64,000 nucleotides of DNA. Origin: Actinomycetes bacterium (GTDB lineage: Bacteria > Actinomycetota > Acidimicrobiia > Spongiisociales > ZC4RG35). The stretch lies in contig QGUS02000003.1 in NCBI GenBank assembly GCA_003242515.2, forward strand, positions 12,647 to 76,646. The letters run 5' to 3'. Each line of letters opens with the position of its first letter. Position 1 is the stretch's first letter. The notes below the pieces were generated by a model that saw nothing but the letters and a program-made list of their open reading frames with translations, searched no databases and had not been told where the DNA came from. The position numbers and the translations under genes are program-made. Shown one piece after another: positions 23,895 to 33,908 of this stretch.

Positions 23895-26819
23895 GTGGCG
23901 GAGTCACGGATCGGTCCCGACGAATGGCAGTCCGCGATCGAGCGGACCGACGGCCGTCAGCTGGTCGTCGCCGGCCCGGGCACCGGCAAGACCGAATTCA
24001 TCGCACGCCGGGTCGAGCACCTGGTCTCGTCGGGCAAGGCGCGCCGCGACGCGATCGCCGTCCTCTGCTTCTCGCGCCGGGCGGCCGGTTACCTGACCGA
24101 CCGCATAGCCGACCTGGTCGGGGCGACCGGGCATCCGATCACGGTCACCACCTTCCACTCCCTCGCCCTCTCCATCATGGAGGCGGCCCGGGACGGCGAG
24201 CCCCCGACCGTCCTCACCACACCAGAGCAGATCGACTTCGTGAGGCGGGTCCTCGCCGACGAGGACCCTGAGGACTGGCCCATCGTCTTCAGGGGCATCC
24301 TCGGGACCCGTCCGTTCGCCGTCGAGGTCGCCGACTTCGTGATGCGTTGCTCGGAGCGTCTCCTCACCCCCGAGGACCTCCAGTCGATGGCGGAGCAGCG
24401 GGCCGACTGGCGGGCCATGCCCGGCTTCTACCGCCGCTATCTGGACCGGCTGCGCCAGGCAGGGCGGACCGACTACGGGGTCCTCCTCGCCGACGTGGTG
24501 GGGATCCTCGCCTCGGGGCACGAGACGCCCTTCCGCTACGTCCTGGTCGACGAGTACCAGGACACCACCCCCGCCCAGGCGGAGATGGCCCGGCTGCTCG
24601 CGGAGCCGCACGGCAACCTCACCGTCGCAGGCGACCCCTACCAGTCGATCTACTCGTTCCGGGGCGCCGAGCTCTCCAACATCGCCGCATTCGCCGACGC
24701 GGAGCGGATCGTCCTCGCCGAGAGCTTCCGGGTGCCGCAGGCGATCATGGAGGCGGCCCTGCGCGTCGTGTCCGGAGCCGACCTGCCCGGCGCCGCCGGC
24801 CCGGTGGTCCCGGCACCGCACCAGGGCAGCGCCGAGGCCTACGTCTTCGACCAGGAGACCGCGGAGGCCGAGTGGATCGCCGACCAGGTGGAGAAGGCGA
24901 TCGTCGTCGACGGCGTCCCGGCCTCCCGCATCGCCATCCTCCTCCGCACCAAGAGGGAGCTCGCCGCCGAGCTGTCCCGGGCCCTGGACCGCCGCGGCAT
25001 CCCCCACGACCCGCCCCGGTCCCGCCTCGTCGACCACCCGGCGGTCAGCCTGGTACGGGACATCGTGACTGCCTCCGTGCACGGCGGTCCGCTTCCCACC
25101 ACCGACGCCTCCGACGCGGCGGAAGCCGACCGGGCCATGCGCCGCGTCCTCCTCGGGCCGGTCTTCGGGCTCGACCTCTCCACCGAACGCGCCCTGATGC
25201 GCGCCCGGCGGAGGACCTGGGAGCCGTGGCACCACATCGTCGCCGAGCGTCTGCCCCACCTTCCGGGGCTCGCCTCCCTCCTCGCCGACCCCTCGTGGGC
25301 CACCACCCGGCCGGCAGCCGAGGGCTTCTGGCACCTCTGGTCGACCGTCGAGGGGGTCGACCGGATCGTCGCCGACCCGGAGCGCGCCGACTGGCGGAGG
25401 GCATGGAGGTCGTTCGCCCAGACGCTGGCGCGACAGTCCGAGCGGGACCCGTCCGTGACGCTGCATCACTACTTCGTCCTCACCGAGGACGAGGACTTCG
25501 AGGCCCAGCCGATGCTCCCTGCCCACCTCCCCTCGGAGCGGGTCACCCTGACCACCCTCCACCAGGCCAAGGGCCTCGAGTTCGACATCGTCTTCATCGC
25601 CAACGCCGTCGAAGGCGTGTTCCCCGACCTCCGCCGCAGCCGCCGGCTGCTCCGGCCGGAGCTCCTGGAGCCCTCCCGTCTCACCGACATGGAGGCCCAG
25701 GGCACGTTCCATCTCCAGGAGGAGACCCGCCTCGCCTACACCGCGATGACCAGGGCGAGGTCCCGGGTCGTGTGGACCGCCACCCGGGCGGCCGACGATC
25801 TCGGCGAACGCCGGCCCTCGAGGTTCCTCGTGGCCGCATCCGGCGGGTCCGCCGACCTGGGTCCGCCCGACGACGCCGAGACCGAGCCCGTCACGGTCGT
25901 CGGCATGGAGCGTGTCCTCCGCCGGCACCTCCTCGACCCGGCTGCGCCCGCCGCGGTCCGGCTCGGGGCGGTGAGGGTGCTGGTCCGGCATGCCGAGGGC
26001 CGGTGGAACCCGATGCGGTTCGCCGGGGTCCCCGAGCGCGGGCCGTCGTCGCCGATCCTCCCCGAGTTCTTCCGGCTCTCCCCGAGCCAGGCGGAGTCCT
26101 TCCGCGACTGCCCCCGCAGGTACGCGCTGGAACGGCGCCTCCAGCTCACCGACTCGGACAACGACTACGCCCAATCGGGCTCGCTGGTCCACAAGGCCTG
26201 CGAGCTGGCCGAGACCGAGATCGTCGGCACCGGCGAGATCCACGCCCCCCTCAAGCGCGTGCTCGAGATCCTCGACGAGGTCTGGGAGGAGGAGGCCGAC
26301 TTCGGTGGCCACACCAGGAACCGCGCCTTCCTGAAGCGTGCCCGGGAGATCGTGACCACGCTCTACACCCTCTGGCCGAGCAACGGGACCCCGGTCGCCC
26401 TCGAGAAGCCCATCCGCATCGAGATCGGCGGGGTCACCTGGAGGGGCCTGGTCGACCGCGTCGAGAGGACCGACGCGGGGCTCAAGGTGGTCGACCTCAA
26501 GACGGGAACGAAGCCGCCTTCCCACGAAGAGGCGGCACGCTCGCTGCAGCTCGCCTTCTACGTCCTGGCACTCCAGGAGGAAGGAGAGGACGTGACCGCG
26601 GCCGAGCTCTGGTACCCGGCCGCGAGGTACAAGGCGAGCATCGCGGTGAGGAGGCTGGACATGTCGGCCGTGCCCGAGATCCGCCAGGAGCTCGAGGGGC
26701 TCGTGACCGAGCTCAGGGCGGAGAGGTGGGAGGCCCGGGTGTCCGCAGCGTGCGAGCACTGCGCCTTCAAGTCCTCATGCCCCCAGTGGCCCGACGGCAA
26801 GGAGGCCTACCTCCCGTGA
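23895..26819 (+). CDS. adnA: UvrD-like helicase + RecB-like nuclease subunit (AdnA-like)
   Basis: GTG at 23895. VVAGPGTGKTEF Walker A, VDEYQDT motif II. C-terminal nuclease VVDLKTG plus the cysteine set FRDCPRRY...CEHCAFKSSCPQW. Confidence 0.8.
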   Translation: MAESRIGPDEWQSAIERTDGRQLVVAGPGTGKTEFIARRVEHLVSSGKARRDAIAVLCFSRRAAGYLTDRIADLVGATGHPITVTTFHSLALSIMEAARDGEPPTVLTTPEQIDFVRRVLADEDPEDWPIVFRGILGTRPFAVEVADFVMRCSERLLTPEDLQSMAEQRADWRAMPGFYRRYLDRLRQAGRTDYGVLLADVVGILASGHETPFRYVLVDEYQDTTPAQAEMARLLAEPHGNLTVAGDPYQSIYSFRGAELSNIAAFADAERIVLAESFRVPQAIMEAALRVVSGADLPGAAGPVVPAPHQGSAEAYVFDQETAEAEWIADQVEKAIVVDGVPASRIAILLRTKRELAAELSRALDRRGIPHDPPRSRLVDHPAVSLVRDIVTASVHGGPLPTTDASDAAEADRAMRRVLLGPVFGLDLSTERALMRARRRTWEPWHHIVAERLPHLPGLASLLADPSWATTRPAAEGFWHLWSTVEGVDRIVADPERADWRRAWRSFAQTLARQSERDPSVTLHHYFVLTEDEDFEAQPMLPAHLPSERVTLTTLHQAKGLEFDIVFIANAVEGVFPDLRRSRRLLRPELLEPSRLTDMEAQGTFHLQEETRLAYTAMTRARSRVVWTATRAADDLGERRPSRFLVAASGGSADLGPPDDAETEPVTVVGMERVLRRHLLDPAAPAAVRLGAVRVLVRHAEGRWNPMRFAGVPERGPSSPILPEFFRLSPSQAESFRDCPRRYALERRLQLTDSDNDYAQSGSLVHKACELAETEIVGTGEIHAPLKRVLEILDEVWEEEADFGGHTRNRAFLKRAREIVTTLYTLWPSNGTPVALEKPIRIEIGGVTWRGLVDRVERTDAGLKVVDLKTGTKPPSHEEAARSLQLAFYVLALQEEGEDVTAAELWYPAARYKASIAVRRLDMSAVPEIRQELEGLVTELRAERWEARVSAACEHCAFKSSCPQWPDGKEAYLP

Positions 26820-29800
26820 CGCTCCCCAAGCCCTCCCCCGAACAGCAGGCCATCCTCGACCTCGGCCTGACCACCATCAAGGTCCGCGCCGGCGCAGGCA
26901 CGGGCAAGACGACCACCGTGGCCATGGTGATCGCCAACCTGGTTGCCAACCACGGCATCGACCCCACCCAGGTGGTCGGCCTCACCTTCACCAACAAGGC
27001 CGCCGCCGAGCTGGCCGACCGGGTCCGCGCCTACATCGGCGAGTCCGACCCCTCCCGCCAGGCGGAGATCCACACCTACCATGGGTTCGCCGCCCAGCTG
27101 CTCTCGGAGTTCGGCGTCCTCGCCGGGCTGGACAGCCGGCTCAAGGTGATCACCCCCACCTTCGCGCGGCAGATCCTCTCCGACGTCGTCTACTCGGGAG
27201 ACCTCCCCGAGCACCTGGACATCAGTTGGAAGGGGCGCATCGACCTCATCGGCACACTGGCCGACCGCCTCGGCGATCACCTGCTCACCCCCGACGACCT
27301 CCTGGCCCACGAGGAGGAAGACTCCAAGGCCTCCCGGGCTCGTCGGGACATGGCCATCATCCTCCGCCGGTACGAGGAGGAGAAGCGCCGTCTCGGAGTC
27401 GTCGACTTCTCCGACCTGGTCCGCATGGCGGCGATGCTGATGCAGGATCCGGCCGTCGCCGACATCGTCCGCAACCGCTACCGCGTGGTCGTCCTCGACG
27501 AGTACCAGGACACCAACCCCGCGCAGCGCAAGCTACTCCAGTCCCTCTTCGGGAACCGCTTCCCGGTGATCGCCGTCGGCGACGAGGACCAGACCATCTA
27601 CGAGTGGCGCGGCGCCTCCATGGAGAACTTCGCCGCCTTCGAGGAACACTTCACGGCACCGGATGGGCGCCGGCCCGTGCTCCGGACGCTCACGCTCAAC
27701 CGCCGGTCCACCCCCGCGATCCTCCAGGTCGGGAACGTGGTCAGGAAGCGCGCCAACGAGGACGCCGACGACCTGGTGCCTGCCCTGCCCGACGACCCCG
27801 ACGGGACGGTGCGTACCCACTGGGCCCAGACCGCGCTCGCAGAGGCGGAGTGGGTCGCCGCCCGTTTCGAGGAGCTCCACGACCGCGGCCTGCGATGGAA
27901 GGACATGGCCGTGCTCCTCCGCAAGAACAAGGACTTCCGCGTCGTGGTCGAGGCGCTCGCCCGTCACGACATCCCCGTCGAGGTGGCCAACGTCGGCGGT
28001 CTGCTCTCCATCCCCGAGGTCAACGACCTCGTCTGCTGGCTGAAGATCCTGGAGCGCCCGGACGACTCCGCCTCGCTCACCACGATCCTCATGGGCAGCC
28101 GGTTCCGGCTCGGCCTCGCCGACCTCGCCATCCTCTCCAAGCACGTCCGGGCCCGCTCGGAAGAGACCGAGTCGGAAGACGCCGAGGGCAATCCGGTCCC
28201 GGTGACCCTCCTGGAGGTCGTGGAGGACGAGGTGCCCGGGCTCCGGCCCGATGCGGCGGCCGCACTCTCCGACTTCCGGGACATGTACCGCCGCATCCTC
28301 ATCGAGTCGCAGGGACTGAGCCTGGTGGAGACCTGCCGTCTCGTCCTCGACGTGACCGGGGCCTGGCGCGACGTGGAGGCACTCCCACCCGTCCCGCGCC
28401 TCACCGCCCGCCTCAACCTCTACCGCGTGCTCGACCTCGCCCAGGACTGGAGCCCGCTCCAGGGGCGCCCCTCCCTGGAGGCCTTCCTGGACTACCTGGA
28501 CACGGCGAACGAAGAGACCTCGGTGGACGAACTCGACTCCGCCCGCCTCTCCGGCGAGGACGCGGTGACCCTGCTCACCGTCCACCGGGCCAAGGGTCTG
28601 GAGTGGGAGGCGGTCGCCATCCCCGCGGTCTACGAGAAGAACTTCCCGTCCTCATCGACCAACTACGGCAATCCCATGACGACCCCGGCGGCCGTCCCGA
28701 TCGAGCTGCGCCTCGACACCGTGATGGCGCACCTGGGGCCGGAAGAGAAGGCGGTCACGGCGTTCCTGACCGAAGCCCACCTGAGGCAGGAGTGGCGGAC
28801 CGCATATGTCGCCGTCACCCGGGCCCGGCGCCACCTCTTCGTCACCGGCGCCTACTGGTACGGCTACCCGGAAACCCTGAAGGATCCGAGGAGCCCCTCT
28901 CCCCTCTGGGAGGAGGTGAACCGCATCACGGGCGACGTCCCCGAACTGCCGCCGCCCATCGACCGCCCGGACCTGATCCGGTTCGAGTCGCAGGCCACCC
29001 CCGACCCGGTGTTCCCCGAGGGCTGGGACGCCGCGGTCCGCAGCACCCTCAGGGACCCGGACTGGCCCGACCGGCTCGCCGAGCAGCGGCAGATCGAGAC
29101 CGAGTACCGGGCGGCGGTCGCCTACATGGAGGAGCGGCTGTTCTCGCTGGCCGAGACCGATCCCCCGGCCGCCGTTCCGGAGACCCGGCCGGTATCGGTG
29201 ACCGGGCTCGTCACCTACGCCCAGTGCCCGAAGCGCTTCTACTGGAGCGAGGTGGACCCTCTGCCCCGGAGGCTCAACCCGGCCGCCGTGCGGGGCACGG
29301 AGCTGCACCGGCGCATCGAGCTCCACCAGAAGGGCATGATCCCGCTCCCGATCGACGACACGCCGTCCTACGACGCCGTCGCCGAGGACGACTGGTCGCC
29401 CGGGGCGTACGACACCTACCTCCGCTCCCGTTTCGCCGACCGGCAGGCGGCCCTGGTGGAGCAGCCGTTCAACCTCGAGGTCGGGCGGACCGTGATCCGG
29501 GGCCGCATCGACGCCATCTACGTCGAGGGCGACCGTTGGGAGATCGTGGACTTCAAGAGCGGGCTGCCCTCGGACGACCCGAACCGGCTGGTGCAGCTCC
29601 AGGCCTATGCGGTGGCGGCGAACGACGTGGACTTCGGACTGCCCTCCCCGGCGGACCTCCGGGTGACCTTCGCCTACCTGGGCGGGGGCGGGCACGAGGA
29701 GACCCACGTGGCCGACCGGGGGTGGACCGAGCGGGCCCGGGACGCCGTGACCGGGCTCGTGTCGGGCATCGAGTCGGGAGCCTTCGAGGAGACGCCGGGG

Positions 29801-29866
29801 ACCTGGTGCCGGCACTGCGACTTTGTCCGTTTCTGCCCCGCGGGACGGGAGTTTCTGGGAGGATGA
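26816..29866 (+). CDS. adnB: UvrD-like helicase + RecB-like nuclease subunit (AdnB-like)
   Basis: GTG at 26816 overlaps the adnA stop, after GGAGG. VRAGAGTGKTTT, LDEYQDTNP, IVDFKSG nuclease core, YAQCPKRF...CRHCDFVRFCPAG. Confidence 0.8.
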   Translation: MTLPKPSPEQQAILDLGLTTIKVRAGAGTGKTTTVAMVIANLVANHGIDPTQVVGLTFTNKAAAELADRVRAYIGESDPSRQAEIHTYHGFAAQLLSEFGVLAGLDSRLKVITPTFARQILSDVVYSGDLPEHLDISWKGRIDLIGTLADRLGDHLLTPDDLLAHEEEDSKASRARRDMAIILRRYEEEKRRLGVVDFSDLVRMAAMLMQDPAVADIVRNRYRVVVLDEYQDTNPAQRKLLQSLFGNRFPVIAVGDEDQTIYEWRGASMENFAAFEEHFTAPDGRRPVLRTLTLNRRSTPAILQVGNVVRKRANEDADDLVPALPDDPDGTVRTHWAQTALAEAEWVAARFEELHDRGLRWKDMAVLLRKNKDFRVVVEALARHDIPVEVANVGGLLSIPEVNDLVCWLKILERPDDSASLTTILMGSRFRLGLADLAILSKHVRARSEETESEDAEGNPVPVTLLEVVEDEVPGLRPDAAAALSDFRDMYRRILIESQGLSLVETCRLVLDVTGAWRDVEALPPVPRLTARLNLYRVLDLAQDWSPLQGRPSLEAFLDYLDTANEETSVDELDSARLSGEDAVTLLTVHRAKGLEWEAVAIPAVYEKNFPSSSTNYGNPMTTPAAVPIELRLDTVMAHLGPEEKAVTAFLTEAHLRQEWRTAYVAVTRARRHLFVTGAYWYGYPETLKDPRSPSPLWEEVNRITGDVPELPPPIDRPDLIRFESQATPDPVFPEGWDAAVRSTLRDPDWPDRLAEQRQIETEYRAAVAYMEERLFSLAETDPPAAVPETRPVSVTGLVTYAQCPKRFYWSEVDPLPRRLNPAAVRGTELHRRIELHQKGMIPLPIDDTPSYDAVAEDDWSPGAYDTYLRSRFADRQAALVEQPFNLEVGRTVIRGRIDAIYVEGDRWEIVDFKSGLPSDDPNRLVQLQAYAVAANDVDFGLPSPADLRVTFAYLGGGGHEETHVADRGWTERARDAVTGLVSGIESGAFEETPGTWCRHCDFVRFCPAGREFLGG

Positions 29867-29870
29867 CCCC

Positions 29871-30452
29871 GTGACCATGCTGGCCGCCCCCGTCGTCGGC
29901 TACCTGATCGGCACCATCCCGACCGCGGAGTGGCTGGGGCGGCTCTGGAAGGTCGAGCTCCGCAAGGAAGGGTCCGGCAATCCCGGGACCGCCAATGCCC
30001 TCCGGGTGGGCGGGCTGGCGCTGGCGGTGTCCGTGCTGCTCGTCGAGATGACCAAGGGCGCCACGGCGGCGATGCTCGGCGACTTCATCGCCGGCGAGCG
30101 GGGCATCCTCCTGGCGGGCCTCGCCGCCATCCTCGGAAACGTCTACAACGTCTGGTACCGCTTCGGTGGCGGCAAGGGGCTCGGGATCACCGCCGGCGTG
30201 CTCCTCGTGGCGTGGCCGTGGGTGGTCCCGGCGGTCGTCGTCGTGATCGGCCTGGGGGCGTGGCTCACGAGGTCGTCCGGCCGGGGGACCATCGTCGCCG
30301 TCGCCTTCCTCGTGGCCGCGGCCCTCGCCTGGGAGCCGCTCGGCCTCCCCCGGGGCTGGGGCATCGACCCTGGCCTGCTCCCCATCCTCGCCGCCGGCGC
30401 CGGGCTCGTCATCCTGCCCAAGCACCTGGCCGACGCCCGCAAGGCCTCCTGA
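29871..30452 (+). CDS. plsY: Glycerol-3-phosphate acyltransferase PlsY
   Basis: VVGYLIGTIPTAEW...EGSGNPGTANALR motif, multi-TM. The start is GTG at 29871 or ATG at 29877. Confidence 0.85.
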   Translation: MTMLAAPVVGYLIGTIPTAEWLGRLWKVELRKEGSGNPGTANALRVGGLALAVSVLLVEMTKGATAAMLGDFIAGERGILLAGLAAILGNVYNVWYRFGGGKGLGITAGVLLVAWPWVVPAVVVVIGLGAWLTRSSGRGTIVAVAFLVAAALAWEPLGLPRGWGIDPGLLPILAAGAGLVILPKHLADARKAS

Positions 30453-30453
30453 C

Positions 30454-30891
30454 TCAGAACTCGAGGATCAGGGTCACCGGCCCGTCGTTGACCAGCTCGA
30501 CGTCCATGTGCGCGCCGAAGGACCCCCGTTCGGTGTGGACGCCCCTCGACTCCAGCTCGCCGGCGAACAACTCGACGAGCGGCTCGGCCTCCGGGCCCGG
30601 GGCGGCGTCCGTGAACGACGGCCTCCGACCCCGGCTGGCGTCCCCGAGGAGCGTGAACTGGCTGACCACCAGCGCCGCCCCGCCGACGTCGGCGAGCGAG
30701 AGGTTCATCTTCCCCGCGGCGTCGGGGAACACCCGGAGCCCGGCGACCTTGTCGGCGGCGGCGCGCACCTGATCTGGCCCGTCACCCCGGGCGACGCCGA
30801 CGAGCAACAGGAAGCCCCGATCGATCTGCCCGACGACCGAGCCGTCGACGGTCACCGATGCCCTGGAGACGCGCTGGAGGACGATTCGCAT
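30454..30891 (-). CDS. dtd: D-aminoacyl-tRNA deacylase
   Basis: ATG at 30891: MRIVLQRVSRASVTVDG...VSQFTL...GAHMDVELVNDGPVT. 145 aa. Confidence 0.9.
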   Translation of the reverse strand: MRIVLQRVSRASVTVDGSVVGQIDRGFLLLVGVARGDGPDQVRAAADKVAGLRVFPDAAGKMNLSLADVGGAALVVSQFTLLGDASRGRRPSFTDAAPGPEAEPLVELFAGELESRGVHTERGSFGAHMDVELVNDGPVTLILEF

Positions 30892-30926
30892 GGCTCCGAT
30901 TACAGCACCGACCGTAGAGTGTTCCC

Positions 30927-33167
30927 GTGGCCCGTAAGGCCGTGGACACACATCTCCGCCCGCCGGACGGCAAGCAGGCCGTCTACCTGATCGACGCGTC
31001 CTCGGCCCTCGAGGAGCGCATCCTCCGCTCCTGGCTCGCCCGCGAGGTCGGGGCGTCCGCCCGGAGCATACGGATCACGCCCTCCCGCCGGCACCACAAC
31101 GCGGCGAGCACCGACTACCTCACCCGCATCCTCGCCGACGACTCCGACCCGTACCTGATCCCGCTCCGGGTGGTCTGGATGGCGCCGGAGCGCAACGGGA
31201 GCCGCTCGGTGGACTGGACCGACATCTTCAAACCCGGCGACCCGCGCGACCCGAGGTGGCTGCGTGCCTGGTGGACCCTGATCTTCAAGCCTTCCCGGGT
31301 GGTCCGGGTGAGCGGGGCGGGCGCCAGCGTCTCCGAGCTGCGGCGGGCCTACGAGGAGTCCGAGGACATCGACGGACTCGTCCCGTTCGTCACCCGGCGC
31401 GCCTGGCGCGCCCTGGACGTCGAGGAGCGCGGCGTCCTGGGCAACCGGTACAAGGTGCCCCGGTTCGTGCCGGAGGCGATCCTGTCCCGCCGCAGCTTCC
31501 GGGAGTCGATCACCGAGGCGGCTCGCGCCCAGGGGCTCGACCCCGAGTCGGCGATGCGGCTGGCCGAGCGGAACCTGGACGAGATCGCCGCCACGCACAG
31601 CCCCTATGCCATCGACATCATCGCCAACCTCATCCACGCCCTCTACCGGCAGGGCTACGGCCGCATCCGCTACCACGCAGACGAGGTCCGCCGCATCTCG
31701 GACCTCAACCGGGAGCACCCGGTCGTGTTCCTCCCCTCCCACCGGTCCAACCTGGACCGCCTCACGCTCCAGTACCTACTGTGGGAGAACGACCTGCCCG
31801 CCAACCACACGGCCGGCGGCAACAACCTGGACTTCTTCCCGGTCGGGCCGCTGATGCGGCGGACCGGCGTGTTCTTCATCCGCCGTTCGTTCAAGGACGA
31901 CGAGATCTACAAACGGGTCCTCCGGGCGTACATCGACTTCCTCATTGAGAAGCGGTTCAACCTGGAGTGGTACATGGAGGGTGGCCGCTCCCGGTCGGGC
32001 CGCCTCGCCCCGCCCCGCTTCGGCCTCCTCTCCTACGTCAACGACGCCCTCCGCCGCGGCAAGGCCGACGACGTGATCCTCGTCCCGGTCTCGATCACCT
32101 ACGACCAGATTCAGGACGTCCCCGACTACACCCGGGAAGCGCAGGGCCGGGCCAAGGAGAAGGAGTCGGTCCGCTGGCTGGTGAAGGCGGTCCGTTCGCT
32201 GCGCAAGCGATACGGGGACATCCACGTCCGCTTCGGCGAGCACATCTCACTCCGCTCGATGACCGCCGCCGCGGAGGCCGAGGAGGACTCGATCGTCCTG
32301 CAGAAGGTGGCGTTCGAGGCGATGCGCCGGGTCGGCCTGGCCACGCCGATCACACCGCTGGCCGTCGTCTCCATCGCCCTGCTCGCTGAGCGGGGCACGG
32401 CCCGGGACGCCGGGCACCTCGCCGGGTCATGTAGCCGCCTGCTCCGCTTCATCCACGACCGCAAGCTGGAGATGACCGACGACCTGAACCTCGCCGACCC
32501 CGCCGTGGTCACCGGCCTGCTCGAGTGGCTCGTGGAGACCGGGAATGCGTCGGCGCACGAGGCCGGCGGGCGCCGGGTCTACTGGCTCGACGACACCCAG
32601 ATGATCCAGGTCTCCTACTACCGGAACGTGGTGCTCCACTTCTTCGTGCCCCGGGCCATGGCGGAGATCGCCCTCGCGTCGGGGGCCTCCGATCCCGACG
32701 ACCTCATCGAGCGGATGCTGGAGCTGAGGGACCTGCTCAAGTTCGAGTTCTACTTCGCGGAGCGGGACCAGTTCGCGTCCGAGGTCGACGTCGACCTTGC
32801 CATCGACTGCCCGGACTGGAAGCGGGTCCTCACCGAGCAGGGCCCGCAGGCCGTCCTCGACTCCCTCGGGATGCGCCTCTCCCCCTGGGCGCTGCTGCCG
32901 ATCCTCGACGCCTACCAGGTCGTGGGCGACGAGCTGGAGACCTGGAAAAAGGCGTTCGACGAGAAGAAGTTCCTCTCGGCCTGCCTGGCACGGGCCCGCA
33001 TGTACCGATTGGAGGGCCGGGTCATCCACGGCGAGAGCGTGAGCCAGGTGGCTTTCAGGACGGCGCTGCAGTTGGCGCGGAACCGGGGCCTGCTCGACGA
33101 TCCGTCGGGCCGGGCGGCGTTCGCCGCCGAGATGCGGGAGGCCCGCCGGGCCGCCAGCGGCGGCTGA
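30927..33167 (+). CDS. plsB: Glycerol-3-phosphate acyltransferase, PlsB type
   Basis: 746 aa. Acyltransferase HxxxxD block FLPSHRSNLD, FFIRRSF, EGGRSRSGRL. Confidence 0.8.
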   Translation: MARKAVDTHLRPPDGKQAVYLIDASSALEERILRSWLAREVGASARSIRITPSRRHHNAASTDYLTRILADDSDPYLIPLRVVWMAPERNGSRSVDWTDIFKPGDPRDPRWLRAWWTLIFKPSRVVRVSGAGASVSELRRAYEESEDIDGLVPFVTRRAWRALDVEERGVLGNRYKVPRFVPEAILSRRSFRESITEAARAQGLDPESAMRLAERNLDEIAATHSPYAIDIIANLIHALYRQGYGRIRYHADEVRRISDLNREHPVVFLPSHRSNLDRLTLQYLLWENDLPANHTAGGNNLDFFPVGPLMRRTGVFFIRRSFKDDEIYKRVLRAYIDFLIEKRFNLEWYMEGGRSRSGRLAPPRFGLLSYVNDALRRGKADDVILVPVSITYDQIQDVPDYTREAQGRAKEKESVRWLVKAVRSLRKRYGDIHVRFGEHISLRSMTAAAEAEEDSIVLQKVAFEAMRRVGLATPITPLAVVSIALLAERGTARDAGHLAGSCSRLLRFIHDRKLEMTDDLNLADPAVVTGLLEWLVETGNASAHEAGGRRVYWLDDTQMIQVSYYRNVVLHFFVPRAMAEIALASGASDPDDLIERMLELRDLLKFEFYFAERDQFASEVDVDLAIDCPDWKRVLTEQGPQAVLDSLGMRLSPWALLPILDAYQVVGDELETWKKAFDEKKFLSACLARARMYRLEGRVIHGESVSQVAFRTALQLARNRGLLDDPSGRAAFAAEMREARRAASGG

Positions 33168-33908
33168 TCAGCCCTGGCCGATGCCGAGACGCTCCTTGGC
33201 CTCGGCGACCATCTCGGCGGAGGTCTTGATCCCCGCGGGCTGATGGCGGGCGGTGCGGGTCATCCCGGTGGTGCGCCCCACCGATCCGCCCATGGTGGTG
33301 GTCCCGGTGCGACGGGCGGTCGTGGTGCCGGTGCGCCGGGCCGTGCCCGTGCCGATGCGCCGGGAGGTCGAGATCCCGGCCCTGGCGACGGAGGTCTGCC
33401 CGGTCGGTGAAGGCTGGATCGTGGTGCGGGCCGCGGCGGTGCGGCCGACGGTGATGGCCGGGTAGGCGAACTCGGACGCCTCGTCCACGGGTCGCCTCTG
33501 GCGCTCCTCCCTCGCCGGTCGGGGCGGCGGCTCGGGACGGGGCACCTGCGCCACCGGCTCCGGCACGGTCCCGGCGGGCTGCGGCGCCCCGGTGGCGGGC
33601 CTGGACGCGGTGCGGGCCGGTGCGGGCTTGGGGGCCGGGACCGTCCCGCCGGGGACGTCGGCCGCCTGGCGGATGGCCTCCTCGAGGCTCTGCTGGGCCT
33701 TGTTCGGCTTCGGCAGGTTCGCCGGCTGGCCCTCGGTGCCCTGCCTGGCGGCACGCCACACGCGGCGCACGATGAAGAAGAGGAAGACCAGCCAGACGAG
33801 GAACCCGATGCCCTCCCCGCGTTCGGACAGGGCGCCGACGATGCTCATCGCCAAAATGAACGGAACCACGAACCGACTGGGTGACTGGCGCTTCACGGGG
33901 TCATTCAA
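33168..33908 (-). CDS. Membrane-anchored Pro/Thr/Arg-rich protein with short tandem repeats
   Basis: Two N-terminal hydrophobic helices, then a PxP-rich linker and GTARRTGTTTARRTGTTT repeats. 4-nt overlap with the upstream permease gene. Confidence 0.5.
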   Translation of the reverse strand: MNDPVKRQSPSRFVVPFILAMSIVGALSERGEGIGFLVWLVFLFFIVRRVWRAARQGTEGQPANLPKPNKAQQSLEEAIRQAADVPGGTVPAPKPAPARTASRPATGAPQPAGTVPEPVAQVPRPEPPPRPAREERQRRPVDEASEFAYPAITVGRTAAARTTIQPSPTGQTSVARAGISTSRRIGTGTARRTGTTTARRTGTTTMGGSVGRTTGMTRTARHQPAGIKTSAEMVAEAKERLGIGQG

